From Okamejei kenojei (taxonomy: Eukaryota): DNA of 64,000 bases. Position numbers and translations under genes: made by a program. Where the stretch lies: positions 66,650,001 to 66,714,000 of the forward strand of contig CM069138.1 in assembly GCA_035221665.1 (NCBI GenBank). The letters run 5' to 3'. Every line of letters begins with the position of its first letter. The stretch's first letter is position 1. Below the pieces are notes generated by a model. It did not search any database. It saw only the letters and a program-made list of their open reading frames with translations, and was not told where the DNA came from. Of the stretch, positions 13,320-24,307 are shown in pieces.

Positions 13320-14525
13320 ACCACTTCATCCTACCGCGCCCGGACCGCCAGGGGACCTATGCAAGGATCCTGTTTGTTGATTTTAGCTCTGTATTCAACA
13401 CCATTGTGCCAGAGCTACCACACTCCAAACTTTCCGAGTTGACTGTGCCTGAACCCCTCTGTCGGTGGAGCACCAGCTTCCTGACAGACAGGAAGCAGCA
13501 TGTGAGGCGGGGAAAGCACATCTCGGACACGCTAATGCTCAGCATAGGAGCACCGCAAGGCTGTGTAATCTCTCCTCTACTCTCTTTACACCAACGACTG
13601 CACCTCCACAGACACCTGTCAAGCTTCTCAAGTTTGCGGACACACAATCCTGATTGGACTGATCCAGGTTGGGGAGGAATCTGCCCACAGACAGGAAGTG
13701 TCACAGCTGGCGTCCTGGTGCCATCACAACAACCTAGAGCTCAATGCTCTTATGACAATGGAATTGATTGTAGACTTTAGGAGAGCTCCCCCTCCCCTCC
13801 CCCCGCTCACCATCAACAACACCACAGTGAAATCTGTGGAGTCTTTTAAGTTCCTGGGAACCATCATCTCCAAGGACCTTAAGTGAGGGGCTACCATCGA
13901 CTCCACAGTCAAAAAGGCACAACAGAGGATGTACTTCCTACGGTAGCTGAGGAAGCACAATCTGCCACAGGCAATGATGGTCCAATTCTACACGGTCATC
14001 GTAGAGTCTGTTCTCACCTTCTCCATCTTGGTCTGGTTTGGCTCAGCCACCAAGCACGACACCTGGAGGCTGCAGCTAATCGTCCGATCAGCAGAGAAGG
14101 TTATTGGCTGCAACCTTCCCTCCATTGACGAACTGTACACTGCAAGTGCCAGGATGTGAGCGGGCAAGATCATCTCTGACCCCTCTCACCGTGGCCACAA
14201 ACTCTTTGAATCACTTCCCTCTGGAAGGCGACTCTGGATTGTCAAAGCTGCCACAGCCAGACATAAAAACAGTTTTTATCCACGAGTAGTTGCTCCACTC
14301 AACAGCCAAAAATCTGTAGCCTCCCTTTGATCTGGTATTTTGTTCGTTCACATGCTTAATCAATGGTGTTTCACCATTAATGTTTTATTATTATTAATGT
14401 TTACTTTTTTCTGAGTCATTCGTAACGGCCACTCATTGCCATGTTGTTACTTGTGGGCAGAGCACCAAGGCAGATTCCTTATATGTGAATACTTGGCCAA
14501 AAAGCATACTTACTCACTTACCTAC
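13320..14525 (+). mobile_element. 5'-truncated Rex1/Babar-type LINE inserted in the ERV leader
   Basis: TYARILFVDFSS.FNTI, GAPQGCV.SPLL, KFAD, NNLELNA...ELIVDFRR, FKFLG. Ends in a CTTA-like tail. Frameshifted. Confidence 0.85.
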
Positions 14526-15306
14526 TTTAAAAAAGTGTTAATTTGGGAAATAGTTATTAGTATATATTTATACTAAGAATTTGAAATTGTGAATATTGGG
14601 GAGATGGATTGGAACAATTGAAAATAATTTAATTGCTATTGCATTGCTAGCTGGAACCCGACCAGATTTTATGGCTTTTTCAGACAAGATTTCTGGTTGA
14701 AAAAGGTCAATCCGATAAGAGAGTCCCAAAAGGGGAACTAACTGACAACGGGATAGCCATGAACTGGCATAGAAAAACGTCATGGGACATTACCTAATGC
14801 CCCTGATATTCTGCATATGTAACTATTTTTGTATAAAAGACCCCAGGATTTGTATGAATTGAAGTGGTATTTTGGGGAACCAGAAGTATCACTGGATTCT
14901 TCTGGACTGTAACATCTCCGGCCACTCCCGTTTGACATAAAATGTAAACGCATGTATGGTTTACTTTAATTTGTCGTATTTTGTCTGTTTTTTTAAAATG
15001 CAAACCTTATCATTTGGCAAGTCAATTGGGATTTCGCTGGGATCATCAACCAATGACTGAGTAAGTGGCCAGGTTCACGGGGATCAGATGGGGAGAGAAA
15101 AGTGCACGTCAGGCCCTTTGAGACAGACCCCCGAAGAAGCTCCCGGGAACACTGAGGTCCTTCGTAGTAGGTTTATCTGGTTCCCTGCTGAAATTCTTAG
15201 AAACAGACAGTGTATAGGGCAGTATAGTAACTACAGGAACGGGACGGAATAAGAATAAGGACTACGACTGGACTGATTGATTAAGTGTACGGAACAAGAT
15301 AATACA

Positions 15307-16600
15307 ATGAGTAAGGTAACTGCAGTTTAACTACTAAGTAAAAAGTTCCCTGTATCTAAAGAGGACATGATAAAGCACTCTGGGAAATGGGGATAAAGAA
15401 TAGAAAAATTGCTGACGAAGTGGCCCAAGGAAGGCACTTTCGATATAAATATGTGTGACGAGATGGAAGTGTTAATTAAGAATTATTGGTCCAAAGATAA
15501 GTTGGAAACGCAAAAAAAAAAGAGAGAAAAGGAGTTAGACGTACTTAAGCTGTTTAGAGCGGAAGAAGAGAGGTTGAGGGAAGTATACCAGGTGGTAAAT
15601 ATGACAAAGGAAGAGGGTGAGATAACCGAAATGCAGCATGAAAACCAGAAACTTCAAGGAAAAACGTCGACCTTATATCCAAGCTTGAGAGACCCTGAGC
15701 ATCCCTCTCCCTATCCAGGCCCAGGCAGTACAAAGCAGTGCCCCTAAGTAAAGGGAATAGTGGAGATAGAATGAGAGGATGCAATTTGGGATGATGAGAA
15801 GGAAATAAGGGAATTAGAAGTGGATATCAGGAGGCTGCAGGACCCGAGGAACCAGAGGGATTTTGAGGCATCCTATTCAGCAGAAGGGGGGGACCGAGAA
15901 AAGTGATAGACAGGACTGGAAACTGATGGACAAGTGGTCACTGAAAGGAGGGCAAGGCAGAGGAGGAAACAGAATCAGGAAGCGATAGGGGAGATGCGAG
16001 GGAAACCAGGGATGAGGATTTAGTGGAAGATTAAAAAGAAAAGTGAAGGAATTGCAAAGGAAGGCTAGAATATCTGCGAAGCAAAGAAATACGGATTAGA
16101 ATTAGAAAGAAGGCATTCCAAGAAGGATTGGAATGGGAAGACATACAGGTAGAAGAAGAGGAACAGGAACGGAGGGATAAAATGATGCAGTTGCTTTTAA
16201 AAAGAACGGGACAGACACAGTATATCCCTTGGTAGACCCAAGACCTGGAGGGCTAAAAATACCTTGCCCAATATTCATGATGGGGCAGAAAAATGGATTA
16301 GGGCACTTGAGGAGGAGAACACAGGACGCTTGTTGGCTATGGGAGATTTGAAGACACTATTGGTGAAAGTGATAGGAACCACTAAACTGAGAGAACTCCT
16401 GAAGATGGCTGGTATATATTAAAAATGCGGTGGATACGCAATGGTCAATGGCAAGCCATTTGACCCAGTCAGGCAGAGAGTATAGCAGGCCCTCACACAC
16501 TGTTACCCGCTTAAGGTGGACCCCAAGGCATTAAAGGGGAGATCCACTGGGGGAGGCAGAGAATCCAGCAGCCTATCTGGAGAACCAGTTGAAAAAGTGG
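15307..16600 (+). pseudogene. gag: ERV gag remnant (MA, late-domain region, partial CA)
   Basis: ATG at 15307, KWPKEGTFD matrix motif, LYPSL..PSPY, and a QYIPW..DL..KWIRALEE capsid-like segment. Interrupted by stops. Confidence 0.75.
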
Positions 16601-18470
16601 AGGCTAGTACATGATCTGCGAGCAGTAAACGAGGTGGTGAGAGATTGGCCTGCGGTAGAGTCCCAAATCCACATACACTGCTGACCAATGTTCCAACAGA
16701 GGCAGCTTACTTTTCAGTAGTAGATCTTTGTTCGGTGTTTTTCAGTGTGCCCTTAGTAGAGCAATGTCATATTTGTTTGCTTTTACCTGTTCTCAATACA
16801 CCTATGCTAGGATGCCGCATGGATTCAAACTCGCCCCATGTCTTAAAACAGATATCAAAGGCAGATTTGGAAGGCATACACTTAGAAAGTACATTAATAC
16901 AATGTGTGTTTGATTTGTTAGTTTGCTTCGCAAGCGAGGAGCAATGTGAGCGAGACACTTTGACTCTCTTGGAAAGGCTGGCGTGCAGAGTCTATAAAGT
17001 ATCCAGGAAGAAGCTTCAGTTTTGTAAGCAGCAGGTAGAATATTTAGGACGATTAATATCCAAAGGAGTAAAGGATATAGCACCGGATCAAATTATGGCA
17101 ATAATTAAAGCTCCCAAACCTCAGTCAGTAGGACAGATGATGACGTTCTTGGGAGTGGCCGGATACAGTTCAGACTGGATTGGAGAGTATGCTGAAATTG
17201 TGACACCATTAAGGAAAATAATGAAGGAAGCAGGACACACAAGTCTGAGAAATGTTTTGCAATGGAATGATGAGGCAGAATCAGCTTTTAACCCTATCAA
17301 GAAGCAGCCAGAACAGCGTCTGGATGCCGATCAGCTGTTATTGCACCTCAGGTGAGCTTGGATCTGGAACCCACAGAGCATGACATAATTGAAATGCAAG
17401 GTAAGGCAACCTTAGCCGAGCAAACAATGTGGGACAAAGGGGAGCTAAGCAGAACTTGGAGGGCATGTGGACTACTGAAGAAGGATTGTTGGTAGCACCC
17501 ACACCATTGCTGACCATTCTTATTTCAGAAGCGTATGGGTTACACCATTGCGCAAGGGGGGAAGTAATAAGAAAGGTAAAAAGGATGGGTTCTGGTCACC
17601 CTATTTGCAGGCTTCAGTAGACTACATTTTGATAGTGTGAGGTATGTGCTCAAAGAAATGTTAGAAAGGGAATAACAACGCCTATAGGTCACATACCTCT
17701 GCCCGAAGAGCCATTTAGGCACCTGGTGATCAATTATGTGGACATGATAAAGACGGTAAGAGGGAAAATGTACATACTAGTAGTGATTGATAGATTTAGC
17801 AGGTGGGTGGAGACCTGCCGAAGATTTAGGTGCAGGGGCTGCAGTTTCTGTAGTTTCTGACGAATGAAGTAATCCCAAGGTTCCTAAGGTTTGGTATACC
17901 GACAGAAATTAGCTCCGACAATGGATTGGCTATTATTCAGAAAGTAGTCAATCTGGTGCTACAGGCCCTGAGAGTGAAACAAAGGTTTGGGTGTGTGTAT
18001 CACCCTCAGTCACAGGGCATGGTAGAAAGAATTAATAGGACCTTGAAGGCTAAGCTAAATAAGATTTGTGCAACTACAAAATTGAATTGGATCGTTGCCC
18101 TACCATTGGCACTGATGAGCTGTCGCATGTAAACTAATCGAATAACTCATTTGACACCACACGAGATGCTCACTGGCAGACCCATGCCGGCGCCAAAATG
18201 GAGAAGTCCGTACAAGGGACCAAGTTTGGAGCAGTTAGAGGTAGAACTTAAGCAGTATATGCAACAGTTAACTGTGATACACGTCTATTCATGCACAAGA
18301 AAAACAAAAGAACCCGGAGGAAGGACCCATTAAACCCAGAGACAAGGTTTGTGTACGAGCCTTCTGAAGGAAGTGGAATGAGCAAAGTAGGGAAGGACCA
18401 ACTCACGGTGGCTAGGACCTAGCCCACCACTGTTCAGGTAGAAGGTCAATCCACATGATGCCATCTCATC
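16598..18470 (+). pseudogene. pol: ERV pol remnant (RT and integrase; protease and most of RNase H deleted)
   Basis: WRLVHDLRAVN, VPNPHTLL, FSVVDLCSVFFSVPL, degenerate YVDD (QCVFDLL), KLQFCKQQVEYLG. Integrase HH-CC, DRFSRWVE, SSDNG, YHPQSQGMVERINRTLK. Confidence 0.92.
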
Positions 18471-18769
18471 ATTGCACGAGGGCTGTCCCACAGGTATGGC
18501 TCGATAATAACCTTAAGGTAAGTAAACAGGAGGACAAAGACGTAAGGGGAGAGCAGAGCTTCAACCAGATAGTAAATGAGGTTTTTGGAGACACTAGTGA
18601 CTCTGAAGCTGTTGTAAACGAGGTCGCGAATGATTGTCCTCCTCCTGATAGTATGGGTAGGGGGAGGGGGATTGGGGGATGCCAGTACTGTCCCTCCCCA
18701 CTCAGACCTGGAAACAATCAACATGGCCGATATGGCCTGGTAACTCCGCCGCCTCACCAGGGTTAGGGG

Positions 18770-19720
18770 AACAGGTACGAGGCCGTAGAGACCTTGGGGC
18801 AGGGAACGGTGAAAGTTCGGCCGAATGGTTCAGAGCTGCAACGAATGATTGGTATAAGTGGGCACGATACAGGGCACAGACTTTGAAATGACCACAATGC
18901 ATATTATGCACTAAGGTCACAGGAAAACCACTGGCTGTACCGGATCCTCATAACTATATGTATTGTGCAAAATTCTTGCAAAGTATAACACAGTGGACAG
19001 ACATTTGCCTATGTCCAGTACAGTGTTTAAACACAGCAGGATCAACACAAGGGATGGTTCCGGCAGGCCAATGCACATTATGGAATTTCACACGAGTTAG
19101 AGAACCTTGCCCCAAACCACCATTAGGGATAGAAAAAACAACTGCAAAACAGTATGAGTGCTACCTTGCGGTGAATGGCATACACCCAGTAGGAAATTTC
19201 CCAGGTAGCTGCAGTACAATATGGACATGTAATCAAACAGACCTGAGTTAGTCAGCCCTAAATTTTCCCCGGTCCAACAGCCCTATTTCACTACCAGATA
19301 GCAAGACTATTCTAACAGCAGATGTAGCAGTAGCGGATAGATTTTGGATGTGTGGCGGCAGGGCCAGGAACACACTCCCACCCAACTGGACTGAATTATG
19401 TGCTTGGGTAATGTTAGCACAGCCCGTCCTTGTACTTAGCCCAAAATAAATATTTGCGAAGACCCGTAGGAAGAGATCATTTGAAACCCTTCCTGAAGGA
19501 GTTTACCTAGATGGAATAGTGCAACCAAGAGGAATCCCCAATGAGTTTAAAGCTAGGAGTGAAAATGCTGCAGGTTTTGGACATGCCTTTTTTGATTGTC
19601 TAGAAAATATGTTAGGAGGTTGGGGAGCATGGTTGGCTAAGTTGGGGGTGACTATTGGAGCTGCTATGTTGTGTTTTACCCTGCATTGAGTCTCTCCTAG
19701 TAAGCGCCACTGCAAAACAG
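18770..19720 (+). pseudogene. env: ERV env remnant (gamma-type)
   Basis: CILC (CXXC) at 18898-18909, FWMCG, LPPNWT.LCA, furin site RRKR at 19465-19476, PRGIPNEFKARSE.AAGF, then a membrane-anchor-like GGWGAWLAKLGVTIGAAML. Confidence 0.8.
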
Positions 19721-20046
19721 CTTTCGTTGCTCCAGGAAAAAGGCAAATCTGGTCTCCTAATAAAGCAGAACCCGCTGATACAATACTACGATGACGTGCA
19801 AAACACACCAGAGGAATATTGACCAATAGTTTGTAACGATAGCTGGGTCTTTTTTCCCGCCCAATCAGAATGGGGGTGGCATTTTGCCCAGTTACCCAGG
19901 ATCCTAGAGAAAGAACAGCGTGAGGCTGAACATTACAAATATGAGGACCCTGATTTTGGGGGCTAGTTGTAGTTTGATTCGGTGCCATATGTGCAGCTTT
20001 TGGTTTTCTTTTTCTGTGAGACCGATTAGGTCTCAAGGGGGGGAAT

Positions 20047-20757
20047 TATATAGGAGTGTACTATCTTTGTATTTTTATATTCTTGGTGTTTGTAATACTT
20101 GAGATGCTTAACTATTATTCTTTGTATTTCAAAACTTTGGAAACTCTGCATGTTTGTCCCCTGTATTCTGCTTTGTTTTTGTAAGCTTTGAGTTATTTTC
20201 TCAAAGCAATTAGCATACATTGATTGTAACAGGTAAATGACCTTTGTAACACCCCTAGCTGGGATGACTAAGAGAGATAGGGGAAGCCTAAGATAGGAAA
20301 GTAAACTTTGGGTTCTGCTCTCACAACACTTAGCGTAAATCAGTTGTGACAGTTATATGACCTTTGTAACTCCGTATCAAGCCCTAGCTAAGAGAAATAA
20401 GGGGCCCAAGAAAGGGGAAGCCATGTGGTTTAAATAAGGATGGATTACAGAATGGAAAATTACTGGGGAAGGAGGAGAAAAGTAAATGCAAGTAATTGGT
20501 TAATTGCTAAGGGAATGATTGCAAGTGATTGGTTATCGATAAGGGAATGTCTGCACGTGATTGGGTATGGAAATGCACCGCTGGTGGGACATACAGAGTT
20601 AAACATGCCATAAGAAGAGGCAGCTGTTGGTCTGGTGTGGACTCTCAAGTGATTTACTCTTTGAGTGTCTCAGCCTTAATTTGCAAATAAAGGTTTGAAC
20701 TTCTTGAAGAATTTTCCGCATCGCCTGAGTTCATTTTGAGTATCGGTAACCACGACA
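20047..20757 (+). repeat. 3' LTR of the ERV
   Basis: Follows PPT AAGGGGGGGAA (20035-20045). Has duplicated ATGACCTTTGTAAC blocks, several inverted CCAAT boxes, AATAAA at 20686, and ends ...CACGACA. Confidence 0.72.
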
Positions 20758-21430
20758 GTTGCAGATCAACAAGTTCCTGAGATATCTACAGTTATTGTTT
20801 GAAGCTCAGAATTTCAGTTTTCTCATTCATCTGATATCTGCTGAAAAACTTATATTGGTCCATCTTCTCATCTCATAGTTCTCAAAAACATTTGAAACTC
20901 TTCCACAATATCATAGTCCCTCTTTGCTCTACACTGATCTACATACTAGTTGCAAATGTTAACCAAACACAAACACATTTGAAGACAAAATATGCTCGGA
21001 CCAGGGCCTAATACCATGTTGTTTTATGCTGTAGACACAGCATAACTGGAGATAACTGCAGACAACTGCAGATGCTGGTTTATGCTATAACCTGGACATT
21101 ATTTCTTATGATAAAGTTTATCATGTAACATTCTGTGGATTCTTGTCGAGTCGTGTTGTAAAATGTCTTTAAACTCTTGACAATCTTCCAGCCCACTCTA
21201 TTTTGGCAATCTCAATCCTGACGCAGGGTCTCAACTAGGGTTGCCAACTGTCCCGTATTAGTCGGGACATCCTGTATATTGGGCTAAATTGGTTTGTCCC
21301 ATACAGGACTGCCCTTGTCCCATATTTGAACATACTGAAGGCGCTATTCTCGCAGCCTCGGGGACCACCAGCGGTGCCAAGTGGGACACTCAGGTTGGAG
21401 ATGACCAGGGAGCCGTACAATGGCCGCTCG

Positions 21431-23200
21431 GTAACGGGGAACAAGGATATGGTGGACCAATTGAATAACTACTTTGGTTCCGTCTTCACTAAGGAAGACA
21501 TAAATAATCTGCCGGAAATAGCAGGGGACTGTGGGTCAAAGGAGGAATTGAGTGAAATCCAGGTCAGTCGGGAAGTGGTGTTGGGTAAATTGAATAGATT
21601 AAAGGCCGATAAATCCCCAGGGCCAGATAGGCTGCATCCCAGAGTACTTAAGGAAGTAGCTCAGGAAATAGTGGATGCATTAGTGATAATCTTTCAAAAC
21701 TCTTTAGATTCTGGAGTAGTTCCTGAGGATTGGCGGGTAGCAAATGTAACCCCTCTTTTTAAGAAGGGAGGGAGAGAGAAAACGGGGAATTACAGACCAG
21801 TTAGTCTAACATCGGTAGTGGGGAAACTGCTAGAGTCAGTTATTAAAGATGGGATAGCAGCACATTTGGAAAGTGGTGAAATCATTGGACAAAGTCAGCA
21901 TGGATTTACGAAAGGTAAATCATGTCTGACGAATCTTGTGACATTTTTCGAGGATGTAACTAGTAGCGTGGATAAGGGAGAACCAGTGGATGTGGTATAT
22001 CTGGACTTCCAGAAGGCTTTCGACAAGGTCCCACATAAGAGATTAGTATACAAACTTAAAGCATACGGTATTAGGGGTTCAGTATTGATGTGGATAGAGA
22101 ACTGGCTGGCAAACAGGAAGCAAAGAGTAGGAGTAAACGGGTCCTTTTCACAATGGCAGGCAGTGACTAGTGGGGTACCGCAGGGCTCAGTGCTGGGACC
22201 CCAGCTATTTACAATATATATTAATGATCTGGATGAGGGAATTGAAGGCAATATCTCCAAGTTTGCGGATGACACTAAGCTGGGGGGCAGTGTTAGCTGT
22301 GAGGAGGATGCTAGGAGACTGCAAGGTGACTTGGATAGGCTGGGTGAGTGGGCAAATGTTTGGCAGATGCAGTATAATGTGGATAAATGTGAGGTTATCC
22401 ACTTTGGTGGCAAAAACAGGAAAGCAGACTATTATTTAAATGGTGGCCGATTAGGAAAAGGGGAGATGCAGCGAGACCTGGGTGTCATGGTACACCAGTC
22501 ATTGAAAGTAGGCATGCAGGTGCAGCAGGCAGTGAAAAAAGCGAATGGTATGTTAGCTTTCATAGCAAAAGGATTTGAGTACAGGAGCAGGGAGGTTCTA
22601 CTTCAGTTGTACAGGGTCTTGGTGAGACCACACCTGGAGTATTGCGTACAGTTTTGGTCTCCAAATCTGAGGAATGACATTATTGCCATAGAGGGAGTGC
22701 AGAGAAGGTTCACCAGACTGATTCCTGGGATGTCAGGACTGTCTTATGAAGAAAGACTGGATAGACTCGGTTTATACTCTCTGGAATTTAGGAGATTGAG
22801 AGGGGATCTTATAGAAACTTACAAAATTCTTAAGGGGTTGGACAGGCTAGATGCAGGAAGATTGTTCCCGATGTTGGGGAAGTCCAGGACAAGGGGTCAC
22901 AGCTTAAGGATAAGGGGGAAATCCTTTAAGACCGAGATGAGAAAGACTTTTTTCACACAGAGAGTGATGAGTCTCTGGAACTCTCTGCCACAGAGGGTAG
23001 TTGAGGCCAGTTCATTGGCTATATTTAAGAATGAGTTGGATGTGGCCCTTGTGGCTAAGGGGATCAGAGGGTATGGAGAGAAGGCAGGTACGGGATACTG
23101 AGTTGGATGATCAGCCATGATCATATTGAATGGCGGTGCAGGCTCGAAGGGCTGAATGGCCTACTCCTGCACCTAATTTCTATGTTTCTATGTTTCTATG
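21431..23200 (+). mobile_element. Young 5'-truncated CR1 (HER1-like) LINE with an uninterrupted RT frame
   Basis: ORF to 23101 with KSPGPD, NYRPVSLTS, YLDFQKAFDKVPH, GVPQGSVLGP, KFADD. Followed by a CR1 3' UTR and (TTCTATGT)n tail. Confidence 0.95.
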
Positions 23201-24197
23201 GCTCAAGGCTACAGCTGGCTAACGGCCATGGCCTACCCTGGGTCGCTGTTCCGACCGCGGGCTCAGTAACCAAAGCCGCGCTGCGTGCCAGTTGCACTGT
23301 GGGTAATGTAGTCAGGAAGGGGGCATCATGGGGACTGTAGTTCTTGCTGCTAGAAGATAGGCACAAAATGCTAGAATAACTCAGCAGGACAGGCAGCATC
23401 TCTGGAGAGAAAGAATGGGCGACGTTTCGGGTCAAGACCCTTCTTCCGTGAGAGTCAGGGGAGAGGGAGGCACACAGATAAGGAACGTTAAGGTGTGAAA
23501 ATGAGACATCAAAGAGGATGCAGGAAAATTTAGCAATTGCCACACATGGCTTTTGAGGCCAAGTCTTTTTTTAAAGCAGAGATTGCCCGGATCTTGATTA
23601 GTAAGTAGGGTTACCAACTGTCCCGTATTAGCCAGGACATCCTGTATATTGGGGCTAAATTGGTTTGTCCCATATGGGACCGCCCTTGTTCCGTATTTGA
23701 ATGCTATTACTCTGGTCGAGGGAACTGTCGGGTCGGAGCACCGCGTCCGGCCCTGCCTCACCCATCCCGACGTAGTGCAGCCCATGGAGTGCAGCAGCAG
23801 CGCCTCACCCATAGCCCAGTAGGTCGGCAGCCCGGCCAGCCCTCCGACCTTGGGACATTCACCTTCCGCCGACGCCATCACCCCACCTTCTCATGGCCAA
23901 TCATCGTTTCATGAGTTGGATGGGGTGCTGGACTTTGTGTGCAGCAGAACACAAAGCCCAGCCGGTGGGCCAGCTTAGGAGTTTTGGCCCGGGTGATGTC
24001 GCGTGCAACGTCCGCTGCCAGGGCCAAACCTCCTCAGCTGACCCGCTGGCTGGGCTTGGTGTGCAGTCCAGCACCCAGGCCAACTCATCAATCACCCAGA
24101 CACGGCCAAGTCGGTCAACAAATTGCCCCGGACTTGGTGACTTGGTTGACGTCCTGTCACTTTCCGTGCATCCATTGCACGCCTGGTTCCTCAAAAA

Positions 24198-24307
24198 GTT
24201 CAAAATTCAAAATTCGAAGTACGTTTTCTACTGATTGTGTATCGCATTTGCACCATTGTAAAGTCGAAATATCGTAAGTCGAAGCATCGTAAGTTGAGGA
24301 GCATCTG
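24198..24307. mobile_element. Tigger/pogo (MER47/Tigger5-like) terminal fragment
   Basis: CAAAATTCGAAGTACG...ATCGTAAGTCGAA..ATCGTAAGTTGAGGAGCATCTG resembles the end of that family (from memory). Confidence 0.6.

Larger units (their letters stand above)
11033..20757 (+). mobile_element. Defective class-I (gamma/epsilon-like) endogenous retrovirus
   Basis: PBS, gag MA/CA, RT, integrase, env, PPT and 3' LTR occur in canonical order. Many stops, frameshifts and internal deletions. Whether the whole span is one element is uncertain. Confidence 0.8.

Noticed and set aside
21326-23101. 591-aa ORF as a host gene
   Set aside because: It is CR1 ORF2 with its 3' UTR and tail. The listed start is TTG inside transposon sequence, and near-identical fragments recur in the window.
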